A DNA stretch of 64,000 nucleotides from NCBI GenBank assembly GCA_905178155.1, contig CAJINV010000003.1:2375065-2439064 (forward strand), written 5' to 3'. Below, piece by piece: positions 1 through 12,571 of the stretch; positions within the stretch are counted from its first letter, which is position 1, and every line of letters begins with the position of its first letter. The notes beneath the pieces are model-generated. The model was not told the DNA's origin. It did not search any database and saw only the letters and a list, made by a program, of their open reading frames with translations. The position numbers and the translations under genes were made by a program. The DNA comes from Amoebophrya sp. A120 (lineage: Eukaryota; Protista; Dinoflagellata).

Positions 1-57
1 GATCATCCGTGTTCTGGTAAGCAGGATTGTCTTGCGCTTCTATCAGACAAGATTAGA

Positions 58-3000
58 ATGCCTGCGCCAGCAGCAGCAGAGCCAGCGACTCAGGGCCATG
101 AAGACTGCATTGACGAAAGGCGAGCCGGCGCGCATGTTGGCGACGAGGGAGTATCCGACCCCACCCAGGATTGTGAATCTGGCGACACGAGTGACGAAGA
201 TGATGTAGGGAACGAGAGCGGACGTGGTTCGCCTTCTCCGGTTTCCGAGGATCACAATGCTTCGCTTGAGGATGGCCTCGAGTCGGAGCGTCCGGAAACG
301 TCCGAATCCGATGAGGACTCGAACGCGGACGCGGATAGCACCTCGTCAGACGACGAAGATTCCACTGACGAAGAGACCCAGGCGGACAAGGACTTTATGC
401 GCTCGCTGCGAGTCGATGAGGAGCCAGATTTTGTACCGGATCCAGATTTGCCCGCGCTCGTCCCTGGAAATTCCACCTACAACGGACGTGTACCCGGAAG
501 GCCGCGCACTCTTCCGGGAGCGGAAAGCGAGAAATCGCACGAGGCACAGAACGACTTGGCGGAGCTAGCAGAGGTGGAGGGCTTTTTCGATGTACCTGGG
601 AACCCGCAGCCGGAGCATGATTTTCAGGAGGACCTGTCACCCATGACATTTATGCGAGACGCGGTGGCTGCAGGTATCTTCGATGACAAAAAGACCGTGG
701 AGAAGATGGCGCTTGTTGTGCAGAAACTTTCGTACGAAAGTGACGTCCTCTCTTATTTGGATGAGAAGAACGGAAAGACCGAACGGGAGAACATCGCCAA
801 GAAACTGCAATCCGTTACCCTCGAGGACCACGTTCCAGATCGCCCGTATTTCTATTGGCTCTACAAGGCTGCGCACTGTGAACAGTTGACGCGAGAAAAG
901 ATAGTGTCGGAAATCACCAAGAACAAGCGAGCGAGGTACAAGATTCGCAGAGATAGGCGAGGGCCGGTTCACGAATGCTTCACGTACAAGCCCGTGCGGC
1001 CATTCGTGTGGCAATACAAGTTTGCCGACGGAACTGAAGTGGAACCCCCCAAGCCAGCGCCCGATGGTGGCCTGGAGGGCAGCGACGCACCGGTGGAGGG
1101 AGGGCCGGAGGTATTTCCCGTAGCTGTTTTTTTTTGCTGGCGCTTTGACATGAGTAGAGGGAGCAGGACCTGTAGCTGCCTTGTCTTTGTAGTGTACGCA
1201 AATGCTAACTTCTATTTTAGCTGGTGACTGTGCTCATTTAGATTTTCATTTTTCCGGCTGCCACGTACCACAGCTCTCAGTTCAAGCCTTTTTGTCACGG
1301 AAGGTCCTTTGGGAATCCAACCTTGAATCTGAACAAGAACAAACAAAAATTTACGGGATCAGGAATCTGTGGCTGCGGAGAGTGATTCGCTTGAACGTGA
1401 CATCGCTATCAGTGCATCGGCAGACGAGGCGAAGCTTGACGACGAAGACCAAAATCCCACCGGGCCCGAGACAGAGCAAGAAAATCCATATCCGGACGAA
1501 GTAACAGAAAGTAATCCCGAAGCGGACTTTGCAGACGAAGCAACAGAAAGCAATCCAGGCGACAAGCAAAAGAACAAAAAGGCTTCTAAACTGGAGAGTG
1601 CTGGTTCAACGAAGCCTTTGGAGTTTGCTGTTACGAAGCCACGACGGCAGCACGACCGAAGCTGGATTTTTGTGATCCCCGAAGACGATCTTGCCTACGC
1701 GTTTTTCGAAGCTGCCAAAACAGGCTCGGAGAGGACTGTGCTGAGTTTGAAAATGCGGCTTTGCCACAGAGATTTCAGAATCCACGGAGGTGTTTTATTT
1801 TTGCTGATGTATTATACTAAGACTTACAAATATTCAAATGGATGGCCTCACTGTTGGTCATGTGATCTATCCCCCCAACTCAATGGTCTGAAGCTTCGAA
1901 AGATGGCCCTGAAGTCCTCTCTCTCACTTTGTACATGAATGGAAATCCAGATGCCCACCCTTTTGTCCACGCTGTTGTTTGGGTCCAGGGGGATGAACGC
2001 AGAAAATGCTTCAACCCCAAGGGGAGGACGGAGTTTTCGCCCACCTCCCTGAAAAAGGGAGAGCAGGAAATAACGACGGTGGTGCTTGAACCTTTATGAA
2101 CCTGTCCAGGATGCAACGCAGCTAGAGGCTTGCGCCCTGTCTGCTGAGAGATTGACCCGATTGAGGTGCCGCGCGCGGGCCTCTGGCGTACAAGCTTACT
2201 CGCCAAGTGCGGCAGGTGTGTTCAAAGCCCAATAGAAGAAAGCTCGTGGCGCGACGGTGGTGGTGCTCGGGCCTTTAGGACCCTGCGCGGGATGCAGCGC
2301 AGCTCGAGGCGTTGACACCGGCCACCATGCCAGGCTTGTTCTCGCTCTAAGTTCGGACTTCAAAACCGTTCGGAGTTTCTGTTGGTCATGGAAATCGGTC
2401 CCGCACACACGTAACACGATCGCCCCAGATGATGCCTGTTCCCAATGAAGTGACAGATCTGAATGACCTGAACGAGCTAGATCCTTCATTCTGTTCCCCG
2501 ATGTTCATGCAGCAAAGGCGTAGACTAACTGAGGCCAGTCACGACCTGGGTAGCAACTTTGCGCATTATGGAAATTCTCACGAAGCGGATCCGCTTTTTG
2601 GGATCCGCCATGACGCTGAATGCTGCGAGTAGCATCGTGGGGCATCAGGAAAATGGTCGGGATTGCTCTAGATCCTGAGGGGGCCCCTTCACCGTGCCCC
2701 TAGCGAATTCAGGAGGTCAGGAGATGGCGGCGGCTTGATGAGGTGGCGCGCTGTTCAGTATGAGCGTGAATGGACTGAGGCTACAGGATGCAACGCAGCA
2801 AGAGACCTGCGCCACTTGCTTGCTTCCTTGCAATCGGAAGGCTTGGGCTGCTGTTGATAACGAGCCCAGTTGAGCAAGCGCGTGGAAGTGTGTGCGAGCG
2901 TTCTCAAGTCCGCCAACAGTTTCAAAGCGTACAAATGCCGGAGATCGAAAAGCAGAAGGGGGCGACAGCAAATCTGAAGCAGAGCACCACAGAGATGGCC

Positions 3001-6000
3001 CGCATGAGCAAAGTTTTTGCATCTTCGCAGGCATCGCGTTGAGCATACAAAACCCGACCCGATTCCGGAACTTGAGCGATTTGGCCGCGCCAGAGTACTG
3101 CGCTGAGGCTTCTCGGTGGTTCGTCTTTGCCGTTTCGCATGACAGACTTCGGGCGCCGATGCTTTGGCCGCTCAGTGCGCCGGGTTTTTCAAGGTCCGGC
3201 GCTCGCATATCTGCACAGCTGGCGCCCCAGGAGGAAGGCTGCCGATCTGGCGCACCTCTGACATTCTTGCGTTTCGGTTTCTAGGCCAAAATGGTGGCGC
3301 CGCTTTAATTTATCCCCGTTGCGTTGCGTGTCCCTGTCCCCTCGCCGACCCTGGTTTTTTGTTTGGCCCACTCCTTCTGGTATCAGGAAGCGCAGCACTA
3401 TTTCTTCTTCTAACTAATTTCACAGGTGAGATAGACTTATACCGAGACCGCCGTGGGCGATCTGCTTTGCACTACACTGCGATGAGCGGAAACGAGCAGG
3501 CAGTGGATGCACTGCAAGAGTTGGTGAATACGCAGGACCACGACGGGTGGACGCCCCTTCATACAGCAGCATGGTTCGGAAACAGGATCTGCTGCGACAA
3601 GATCGTGAAATATGGCGCCGATGTGGATATTCGCTGCTACGATGGGAGGAAGGCGATCGAGTACGCACGTGAAAACAAGTGGCGCTCCACCGTACAGACG
3701 CTCGTTCGCTTTGGGCTAGATGAGCCGCCAAAAACTCGCGCTGGGAAGAAGAAAAAGTCCGAGGCCGAGAAGCATGCAGATCGTATTAATTTTGATAAAT
3801 TTCTATTGCGACACAATATGAATGCCTTTTTTTTTACGCTGGCTCTCGCTTGTAGAAAGCTTTGATTTTTTCGAGTCGGATCAGCTATAGCAGTTCATAA
3901 TGATCAAAAAATGACTCGAAATCATTATAAGTAAGAATGAACACAAAACAGTTCTGCGAAAACTTGCAAAGAAGGAAGCGAAGGCAGAGAAGGCGAGGTT
4001 GAAGAAGGCGCGACAGAGGCAAGCAGCCGAAGCAGCTGCCCGCGCAGCTGCCGTTCTTGGTGTTGAGGATGAAACGGCGCTCGAAAAGGACGGCACCGAG
4101 AAAGTGGCTGCTACGCTACCTGAAGATGCGAGTGACGTGCCCCAGTCGCCCTCGGATATCCAGACTCGAGATATTGAAGTCACAGCGCCCGCCACAGACG
4201 CAGAGCAGAGTGACGAAGAGTGCCCAGATCCGCAGTCGTCCAGTAAAGACAGCGCTCCAGCTACGTCAAGCGAGGGCAGCGATTCTTCTGCGTCAAGCGA
4301 TGCTGGCAGCGTTCCTTCTGCGTCAAGTGATGGCAGCGCTCCAGTTTCAAGCGAGGAAAGCGCCCCTCCTGCTTCAAGCGAAGGCAGCGCTCCATCTTCC
4401 GCGTCAAGCGAGGGCAGTTTTCCTTCTGCGGAAAGCGACGAGGAAGTTGCTAACGTAGATCACAGCGGCGCTGACGCGGTGTCAGACTCTCAGGCGATTC
4501 CGGCTAGCGCGGACGGCGCCTCCACAGAACTGACCGAGCAGTGTGCTGCAGCACCCAGCGCTGACTCGCCATCTTTAAAAGGAAGCCACTTTGGAATGTA
4601 TTTGCAACACCTGGCGAACACTGGAGTGTCGAACGAAGTGATCGCGCAAAAGAAGTCGCTGTGCAAGGCTAAGGCTGCACACAAAAGTAAGCTAATCGAC
4701 CAGATGAAGGGGAAAGGCGTTGCCTCTAAAGCTAAAGGACCGGTGCGGTTTTCGCCAGGAAAAAGCGTAGACGGGTCCTCCTGCATGACAGAAGGACCTG
4801 GGTGGGAAATTGGGCCAGAAGGTACTTCTTTTGTTTCTCAGCCACGATGCATAAATTTTGCGTTTAGCGGTCGCGGAGGAACCTGAAGATGTACGATTTT
4901 TTTCAGAATGATACTGAACTTGGCCAAAAATGCTTCGATAATATCACAGGTATAGATCCAGCTACGACTACCAAAGGGACGAAGGGACAAAAAGCGGCGC
5001 TGATGATGATGAAGGGGAAAAAGGCGGCATTACTATTCAAAGGTAAAGGAAAAGGATGCATGCCGGAAACATTTGGCAAGGATCTGCCTGGTTTCGGAAA
5101 GGCGCAGTGTCCGGCGACCGTGTCGGACGAAGGAGATGCTGCAGAAGACGAGCTTGATCCAGCTGAATTTGCAAAGCCGGATCCAACACAGCAGGACGTC
5201 TCCCGAGAGCGCCACTCTTTTACCGCCGAGCAGACAGTAGAACACGGGGCAACCGGGGAGCCTAGTGAACCGCTCTTGCTTCCTATACCCTCAGCAAGTT
5301 CTCCCGCGAATGAGGACGAAGGGCTCAGTGAGTCGCCAGCATCGAAGGAACACAAAAAGGAGATGCGTGCCGAAGACGTCGACGATGGAGAGGCGAAAAG
5401 CACAACAGCTGCGCAGCGCATGCAGCTTACGGAAGAGGCTCTCCAGCAACACCAGGAGCAGCAACTGCCGCAAACGCGAGCGTATCTCCGAAAGCGAATG
5501 GCGCAGGCACAGCAGCTGCACCCAGACCAGCACATGGCGCTATCACAGCATCACCCCTTCGAGGAACAGCTTGCACAACTTTCCGCACAAGGACAAAATT
5601 CCTCGCAGCAAGAAAGCGTTTCATCTCAGCAGGATCTGTCTCGCCAAGGATCTGATTTTGTACCTGGAGCACAAAAGCCTGCTTGGGCGTGGGCGGCGAA
5701 GAACCTGAATGCCTACGGAAAAGGGATGAAAATGCAGCAGATTTTCAAAGGCGCGCAACAGAAGGGAAAGATGATTGCACTCCAGCAAGCCATGTCGAAG
5801 AAAATGCAGAAAGGGCAGCTGCAGTATCAGACCGACGCAATAGGTCAGCAGTCTTCGACTGAACCATTGGTGGGAGAGTCAAAATCCTCAGCAAGTTTTT
5901 TAAGCCAAAAAGGCACGGCTGCTTCGTCCCGGCCAGCAGCAGTGCAGCAGCCGGCGGCGCCTAAATCAGGTATCCTTTCGAGAGAGTATGATTGCAAGCG

Positions 6001-6552
6001 ATCGCCACCGTGCAGCCTACAGCGCTGCTATCTATGTTTGCACTTTCTTCTTTGAGTAACTAGTTCCATACTTCAATTAAACTCTTGCAACGTTTCTGAC
6101 AAATTAAACTCACACAAAAAACAGGGTTAGCTATGGCGCGACGACAGCCTCCTCCTGTTTCATCCCTCAGTCTTACGAGCGTTCGAACTCTTGCTGGTCC
6201 AGCACCGCCTGGTGGCCCGGGCGGCCCTTGTGATGAACTGCGACCGCGAGAATTATTTCCGCCGATACGAAATGAACTAAGTCAAACTATGAATGGAGCG
6301 GCAGCTGAAAAAAGCCAACGAACTGGGCAAGGCATTTGTTCGTCCAATCGCATTGCACCAAAGGTCAAGGCACCCCCACCGAACATGGATAGGAACATCG
6401 ACGAAACTCCCGTAAAAACGCATCACCCCTCATGCGTCACGACCTCTCAGCCACGACAGACGACCTACCCCGGTGCCTCATCATCCGATGTGTCACCATC
6501 CGCTGCGGACGCAAACGCCATCGTAAAAGCGACAACCTCCAGCGATGCGTGA
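58..6552 (+). CDS. Large low-complexity ankyrin-repeat protein (6 inferred exons; 5' end may lie upstream of the window)
   Basis: In-frame exon chain 58-1110, 1363-1723, 3426-3782, 3952-4821, 4950-5969, 6125-6552. Joins are GT-AG introns plus one inferred 1.7-kb GC-AG intron (1724-3425). Exon 3 has ankyrin motifs GRSALHYTAMSGN, DHDGWTPLHTAAWFGN and GADVDIR. The rest is acidic/Ser/Gln-rich. Confidence 0.7.
2070..2815. repeat. Degenerate dispersed repeat inside the long intron of the ankyrin gene
   Basis: GACGGTGGTG...CCTTTA.GA.CCTG...GGATGCA.CGCAGCT.GAGGC occurs at ~2075 and ~2253. Its core GGATGCAACGCAGC.AGAG occurs again at ~2786. Confidence 0.55.
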
Positions 6553-9500
6553 AGACATGAATGCGACACAATGATGTGCATATTTTTTTCGTATACGGGT
6601 TTAGGGTTTCCCCGGTTATTGCTCCGCATCGCAGGGTAAAAGATCCGGGGCTTCTGGTCGACGGGGAAGTCATTCTCCTCTCGGCGCCGGCGGTCCGGCA
6701 AGCGCTTGGGTCGAGGTATTTTATTGGCGGAAGCGACGCCCGCGTTGGCCGAATGGAAATAGTTCCGCGGACAGTGCGCACCGCAAAACTAGCACAGTCG
6801 AGACATGCACGCTTTAGGCAACAACGGCGTTTTTTTTTGCAGATCTCGTCTGACTGCGAACACGGACCGATGCGGTCACGGACCACGATCCATCGTCTTC
6901 AAACTCAATCTGGCAGGGATCTAGGAAATGCTTGTCGGGAGTGGTCAACCGTGGTGGTAGGCTTGGCGACACTACGCTTAAGCAAAGTGGGTCTCAGAGA
7001 GACTGCGAGTCTAGCGTCCATACATCATCGCGTCCTTCGTAAGTATTCCGATAAGTACCCATTACAGAGAGGTACCAAGATCGATTTTCATCACCGTTTT
7101 CCGATATTTGACTCTTGTAGTCCAAGCACGTGGTTCTGGTTCAGGTTTTTTCCGTTTAGGGTTTAGGACTAAGATTTTTTTATTTGTCGCAGACCTGTCA
7201 TTCACTTTCGCATCCCCATCGCCATCATACTGCTACTTCCTTGCTGCATGAAAATTGGCAACAAATGAGTATTGTATATTGACTCTGACAAATTGCACTT
7301 GCTAACGTAAGTTGGAGCTCCTGACGAGACTTGTTGTTAAGTCGGGGCTGAAGGATCGACAACTTAGACAACGTTGCAGCAACAAAAGTTCAGACAAGCC
7401 GGTACGATCCTTGCTTTTTCATAACTCCCTGTAAAGTGCAGGCCCGTCGCCTTGTGCTTGAAACCTTTGCAAGTGTTCGAACAATGAACAGTGATCCACC
7501 GAAAAAAAATAATTCACAGCATCGAAATATTATCAAATGTGTTGTTTGCCCTTTTTGATACTGATACGTTATTTTTTAGAAACGTTAGCTCTATCTATCC
7601 GCGATCTTTGTTTTGCACAGCGCGCCCCTCCCTCGCGTTTTCTCCCCGATCATTTTCTGTCCTTTTGTACATTTTTTCGAGTGTAGTAAGAAAGTACATG
7701 TCCGAATAAACTTTGTAAGTGCTACTGTTGCTTTTTGAATTGTGTGATACATAGCAAGTGAATTTGTCTCTTTCCATGCAATTAATTGGCTCGAGTTCTC
7801 GTTTCGTAGGGAAGCAGAAGCTTGAGTGGAGAGGTATCGATATTTCCAACTCCGTCTTTGTCTAAGGTAGCACAGGAATTTCTTAGTTCAGCCATAACCT
7901 CGGCTGGGAAAGATGGGGGTCTCGCGTATCATTGGTTCAATTTTGCTTGCGGCAGCAACGGGAGTCCAGGCTTTGGGAGCATGCTCGGCAGAATCCTGCA
8001 CGGCAGATGGAAGTAGAGACGCTTCTTTATTTTCAGCATGATTCTACGTGATGCGTGGGAATGAGCAGCAACTGCACACGCTATAGTTAAGAGCATGGGG
8101 ATAATTCATTCTAACGCTAACTACATACCAGAATCACTGCAAGTTGCATTTAGGTTGAGCTCGAAATCAAAACAGATTGCGAGGAGCGCAGTTGCCAAGT
8201 AATGGGACCAGCCGACCCGACGAAGAAAAGTGCTAACGGATTTATCATCTCCTGTACGGGCTGACGCTTAAATGCAGAGCACAATGCTGCGCTGAAATCA
8301 TGGCTTCACGGAAATCACGTCGAGAAGTACGACGGGCTGGAAATGGTATTTCTAAATTGTTAGCGGTGCTCTTGGGCTTCGAGAAATAAAAAAGACTTTC
8401 CTCCGTCATAGGTTTAGCTTCTGCTTTAGGATGAAGAATGTGAATGCATTCCCAAAATCAAAGAAATACAAATCTCTCACAGAAATGGGAGCAAGGACAC
8501 AATCCGGAGTTGCACGTAGGGTCGGAAGTCACAGATCTAAATGGGTACGACGAGAACTCCCTGACGCAGCTTTTGCGACAAAAGGGCTTCCTCATGTCCG
8601 ACGAACTGTAGTACATGCCGAAGGTCTCCTCCTGGTATTCCCAGATGTGCATGTTTCTACGGTTTGCAAGAACATTTTCCAGCGACACACGACCCGACAT
8701 TGAATGCATACCACACGTTGGATGTTTTCCCGCCTGTTTGCCTAAAATCGTACTGCGGCTTTACTTCGTGCACCGAGTGCTTATCATGGAGTCTGCTGTA
8801 CCAGACCCAGAGCGCACAGGAGTAGGCACCAGCAGAGGAGCCAGGTGGCTGCGCAGGTGAATAGAGACCGATAGTTTTTCGCTTTCCCTTTTGTAGAGAA
8901 GCGTCACTCTCGAACACATTGTGACGGCACTCGATCGCTCATTTTTCAAGGTGAGACTTACCGATTCGGTGTGCCTGATTTGTCAATCTAATTTCTTTTT
9001 GCTCACAGCGCAGCACTAGAACTGGATTTTTCTGAAGATGTCAGCGAGTACAGGAATAGCCGCAGATGAAGTATGATGACTGTTGCGAGAAATATGACAC
9101 CATGTTTACAGTCGTAAAAATCTATCTTTTTTGTTGTTGTTGTTGATTGAATGACCTATCATGAATGGATGCATCAAAAACCTTTCCCAACCTTTTTGCA
9201 TCCGCGTGTCATCATGGAGCAATAAAAAAGTAAAGGCGGTGCCACGATGGCTTTGTTCCGGTAGCTGAATGATATGGCTAACAAGGTTGCCACTGCTGAT
9301 AAGGATGTTCGCAAAAAAGAAGATGCTTGTAATAGCAGAAAACGGCGGGATCGTGAATTCGATCGAAGGCAGAAATAAATGGAAGGCAGAAATTAATGTT
9401 CCGCGTTGAAAAATTGAGCAGGTCAATGCAATGAGAACTGTGTCGAAGGTCTCTGAAGGGTCTCAAATCTGAATTAGCGGTCGCTTCTGTACTAGTTGAC

Positions 9501-9711
9501 AAGCATTCGCAGCGCAGTTCACACCACGTATTTATTTCGCCGAAGATCAATTTTTCATGTTATGATTGGTGACACGCAATGACAGGCCACCAGTACTGAT
9601 ATCGAAAAAGGAAGTTTCACGCACTAGTTATTTATTTTGCGTTTCCACCATACAAGACGAACATTCACCTTGTTTACTGGCATTTTTTTGATTGTTCTTT
9701 CGCACAAATCA

Positions 9712-10572
9712 ATGGGCCGGTCAAAGAGGTCGCGGAGCCGGCAGAGGCCCCGCGAAGACGACAAGAAGAAAAAGAAGAAAAAGCGCGCCGCCAGCAGTAG
9801 CAGCAGTTCGAGCTCGTCGAGTAGCAGCAGCTCATCGTCCCGACACCGTAAGAAGAAAAGTAAGAAGGAAAGGGCCCGAAATGGGGCGGAAGCGGCGGAA
9901 AATCAAATCTCTCTAGCAACGACGAAAGAGCCACGACACGAGATGGTAAGTAACCAATGGAAAACAAACGAAGACGATCCAGAGAAGGAACAACCGAATT
10001 TCGAAGTGAGCGGGCTGCTGGCGATGGAGGATGCGTACGAACGGGAGCAGGCCCTGGGCGGTCCTGATGCGAAGAAGAAGAACTTTCGTACCGACCTCGA
10101 ATCAGGGGCAGTCATCGCAGCGAAGGCAGGCATACCGATGGATGCCGCGGTACCCAACGGTGACACCTGGCGACTCTATATCTTCGCGAAGGGGGTGCCA
10201 GATCCGAAGATTGCTTATCTCTCGAAGAAGCCCGACTTTCTTTTCGGGAAAGATCGCAAAATTGCCGATGTGCCTACCGACCACCCATCCTGTTCCAAAC
10301 AACATGCGGTCATCCACTTTCGTATGAAAAAGGACAATCAAGCCTCGGGATCTTCCAAGGAGGGATACATGAATCACGCGCGTGGTTCCGGTGGAATGAG
10401 CGCTCTTGCCGCGAATACGATAGTAGTGCCGTACGTCATGGATTTAGAGTCCACAAACGGCACTTTTCTTAACGGGGAGAAACTCGAGCCTGCTCGGTAC
10501 TACGAACTGTTACCAAAGGACAAATTGAACTTTGCCACTTCGAGCCGCGACTACATAATCATGAAAAAATGA
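9712..10572 (+). CDS. SNIP1: FHA-domain RES-complex splicing factor (SNIP1/Pml1/DAWDLE family), intronless
   Basis: R/S/K-rich N-terminus, then PNFEVSGLLA, WRLYIF, FLFGKDRKIADVPTDHPSCSKQHAVIHFR, PYVMDLESTNGTFLNG and RYYELLPKDKLNF, all characteristic of the SNIP1 FHA domain. Confidence 0.92.
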   Translation: MGRSKRSRSRQRPREDDKKKKKKKRAASSSSSSSSSSSSSSSSRHRKKKSKKERARNGAEAAENQISLATTKEPRHEMVSNQWKTNEDDPEKEQPNFEVSGLLAMEDAYEREQALGGPDAKKKNFRTDLESGAVIAAKAGIPMDAAVPNGDTWRLYIFAKGVPDPKIAYLSKKPDFLFGKDRKIADVPTDHPSCSKQHAVIHFRMKKDNQASGSSKEGYMNHARGSGGMSALAANTIVVPYVMDLESTNGTFLNGEKLEPARYYELLPKDKLNFATSSRDYIIMKK

Positions 10573-11194
10573 AAATGAGGCATCGCGGACTTCCCCCGTA
10601 TTACAAACGAAACGACATCAACTACGTGCGCAACACGAAAAAAGAATCAGACGCAGAACTGCGACATTTTACGTTTGGCTTGATTCTTCGCACCCTTCTG
10701 AGCTATTTCTGTTCTAAAGGTTTTGCACAAGGACCACCGACGACTTTGTTTCCGTTTAAGATGCAAGCAAGTCGAGAGAGATCTAAGCTCGTCCTTCAAC
10801 AAACCTTCCAGTAGAAAGCCGAGATCCATTGCTATCGAAGTTCCGGTCACAGAAGTTGAAGTTGCTCCGTGCGCATCATGAGTGTATGGTTTGCTGGCTT
10901 GGGACAGAAATCCAAATGTGTTTCTGTCCAAGACCAAATGTGTTTTCTCTGAAACCTTCTCGTCGATTTTCTTTCTCAGGGGTCGTGGAAGATCAATTTA
11001 TTTTGTAGCTACGTACTACTCTTTTTCACCATTTTTTTTCTAGTTCGGGTATCATGTTCAACGAGAATGTGACCTTTTCAATAAGTAAGTACTGTTTATT
11101 TTTAGTCTCAACAGCTTAAAGTCGCTGGCGCAACTACTTATTAATTTGCTCTCTCTTCGACAAGTTTTTTCCACCTGTGTCAGAGGGACGCAGT

Positions 11195-12571
11195 ATGGCG
11201 CGATTGGTGGCGACAAGTGCAAACGGAGAGGCGCCTCGTGAGCTGTTGTACGACGGGAAGCTCGTGGATTGTCGCTCGCCCGCGCCCCTCTTTGGTACAC
11301 AGGCGGTCGCAGACCTATCGGCCGATGAGTGGCGCTGCCATTTGCGTATTTTCGAAAGCGCCTGCAAGCGAAAGTGGCGCTTTACGTGGACAACTTTTGA
11401 AGTCCGCTGCGAGCTTCTTCTCGTCTACAGTGGCGAGCCGATTTGTCAACCATTAGCAATTCGCTTCGAAGCGGACTTTTCGGATGCGGACTCGCGGCGC
11501 GCAATCGCGGAAACTATGAAGTACAAGGTTTTGCACAAGCTGCAGACTAATGCGTTTACTTCGGTAAGTGTCCGACTGGCGGAGGAACTCGCGGCGAGAC
11601 TCGACCTTTCGGCGCCGCACACTTTTTACTCTGCAACACGTGTGGCCGTGCCACATGAGCGACCCAGGTGCTCGACACTAGTTTTCCGCGGCGAATACAC
11701 TGGTAGATTTTCAAGTGATGTAAAGACCACCGGGGGCCTATGGCTATGGGGGTGGAAGCACCGGCTGGCGCTTTCGTACTGTCCACACAGCAAAAGACCA
11801 TTGCGCTGGGGCGTGATTGCGTACAGAAATCATAGAAGACGTACTCAGACGGACAGACCTGAGGTCGACGAAAGTGAAATGCGGAAGCGAAAAATGCCGT
11901 TCTTCAGCGCTACGGAGCTCAGTGATGGTGATCGCTGCACTATCAAGGCCGGGGACGTGGAGAAGAATGCTATCGAGAAGATTGCTGGGCGATGTACAGC
12001 ACAAGGACCGGAGGCCAAGAGTTGTTACGCACTGCGTGTCGAGCACAATTGTCGTTGCTATTTCAACATTGACGCGGATACCCCGCCACTGACACAATTG
12101 TTTCTTCGCGAAAATTACCAGCACTCCTCTTGTTCTGACAGCCGCACCAGGAGCTTCTGGGCAACTTTTGAGTCTGCTGAGGATGCGGCGAACTTCGTTG
12201 GTGAATTGAAAGTACTGGAGAAGATTCTCTCCGAGCCAGACCGATTCGCCGCGGCCGTGGAGGACGTGATGCGCGCGGACCCGGAAGCCGGAGAGGAGGA
12301 ATGCCTTTCCAACATTTTGGACGCTGTGTGCAACACAAGTGATTGGGAACCGCTGGCGTTGTTTCTGGACGACGACGATCCCGCCGACATTCGCGAAGTG
12401 GAGGACGACGAGGCGACAGTAGCCGTTGTGCGCGAAGTGTTGGAAAACAGACGGAAGGATGCGTCGGGGAAAAGCTTTCGTGATCCAATAACGTTCCGCT
12501 TGGGCCTGAAGGCAGTGGCCTCCGGTACCGAAGAAAGCCAGAAAGAAGGAGAACAAGAAGTGAGAGCTTAG
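11195..12571 (+). CDS. Uncharacterised intronless protein (458 aa), paralogue A
   Basis: Long ORF from ATG 11195. Colinear similarity over the full length to the ORF at 17192-18568 (YDGK, EWR.H, VEHNC, SFWATF, EPDR, ILDAVC, LDDDD, SF.DP.TF.LGLK). Confidence 0.85.
   Translation: MARLVATSANGEAPRELLYDGKLVDCRSPAPLFGTQAVADLSADEWRCHLRIFESACKRKWRFTWTTFEVRCELLLVYSGEPICQPLAIRFEADFSDADSRRAIAETMKYKVLHKLQTNAFTSVSVRLAEELAARLDLSAPHTFYSATRVAVPHERPRCSTLVFRGEYTGRFSSDVKTTGGLWLWGWKHRLALSYCPHSKRPLRWGVIAYRNHRRRTQTDRPEVDESEMRKRKMPFFSATELSDGDRCTIKAGDVEKNAIEKIAGRCTAQGPEAKSCYALRVEHNCRCYFNIDADTPPLTQLFLRENYQHSSCSDSRTRSFWATFESAEDAANFVGELKVLEKILSEPDRFAAAVEDVMRADPEAGEEECLSNILDAVCNTSDWEPLALFLDDDDPADIREVEDDEATVAVVREVLENRRKDASGKSFRDPITFRLGLKAVASGTEESQKEGEQEVRA

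Noticed and set aside
7155-7167. TTTAGGGTTTAGG telomere-like sequence (also one copy near 6600)
   Set aside because: Fewer than two full units; compatible with chance.
6560-9630. Short ORFs in the 6.6-9.6 kb gap
   Set aside because: No recognisable motifs or consistent exon chain; a small spliced gene cannot be excluded.
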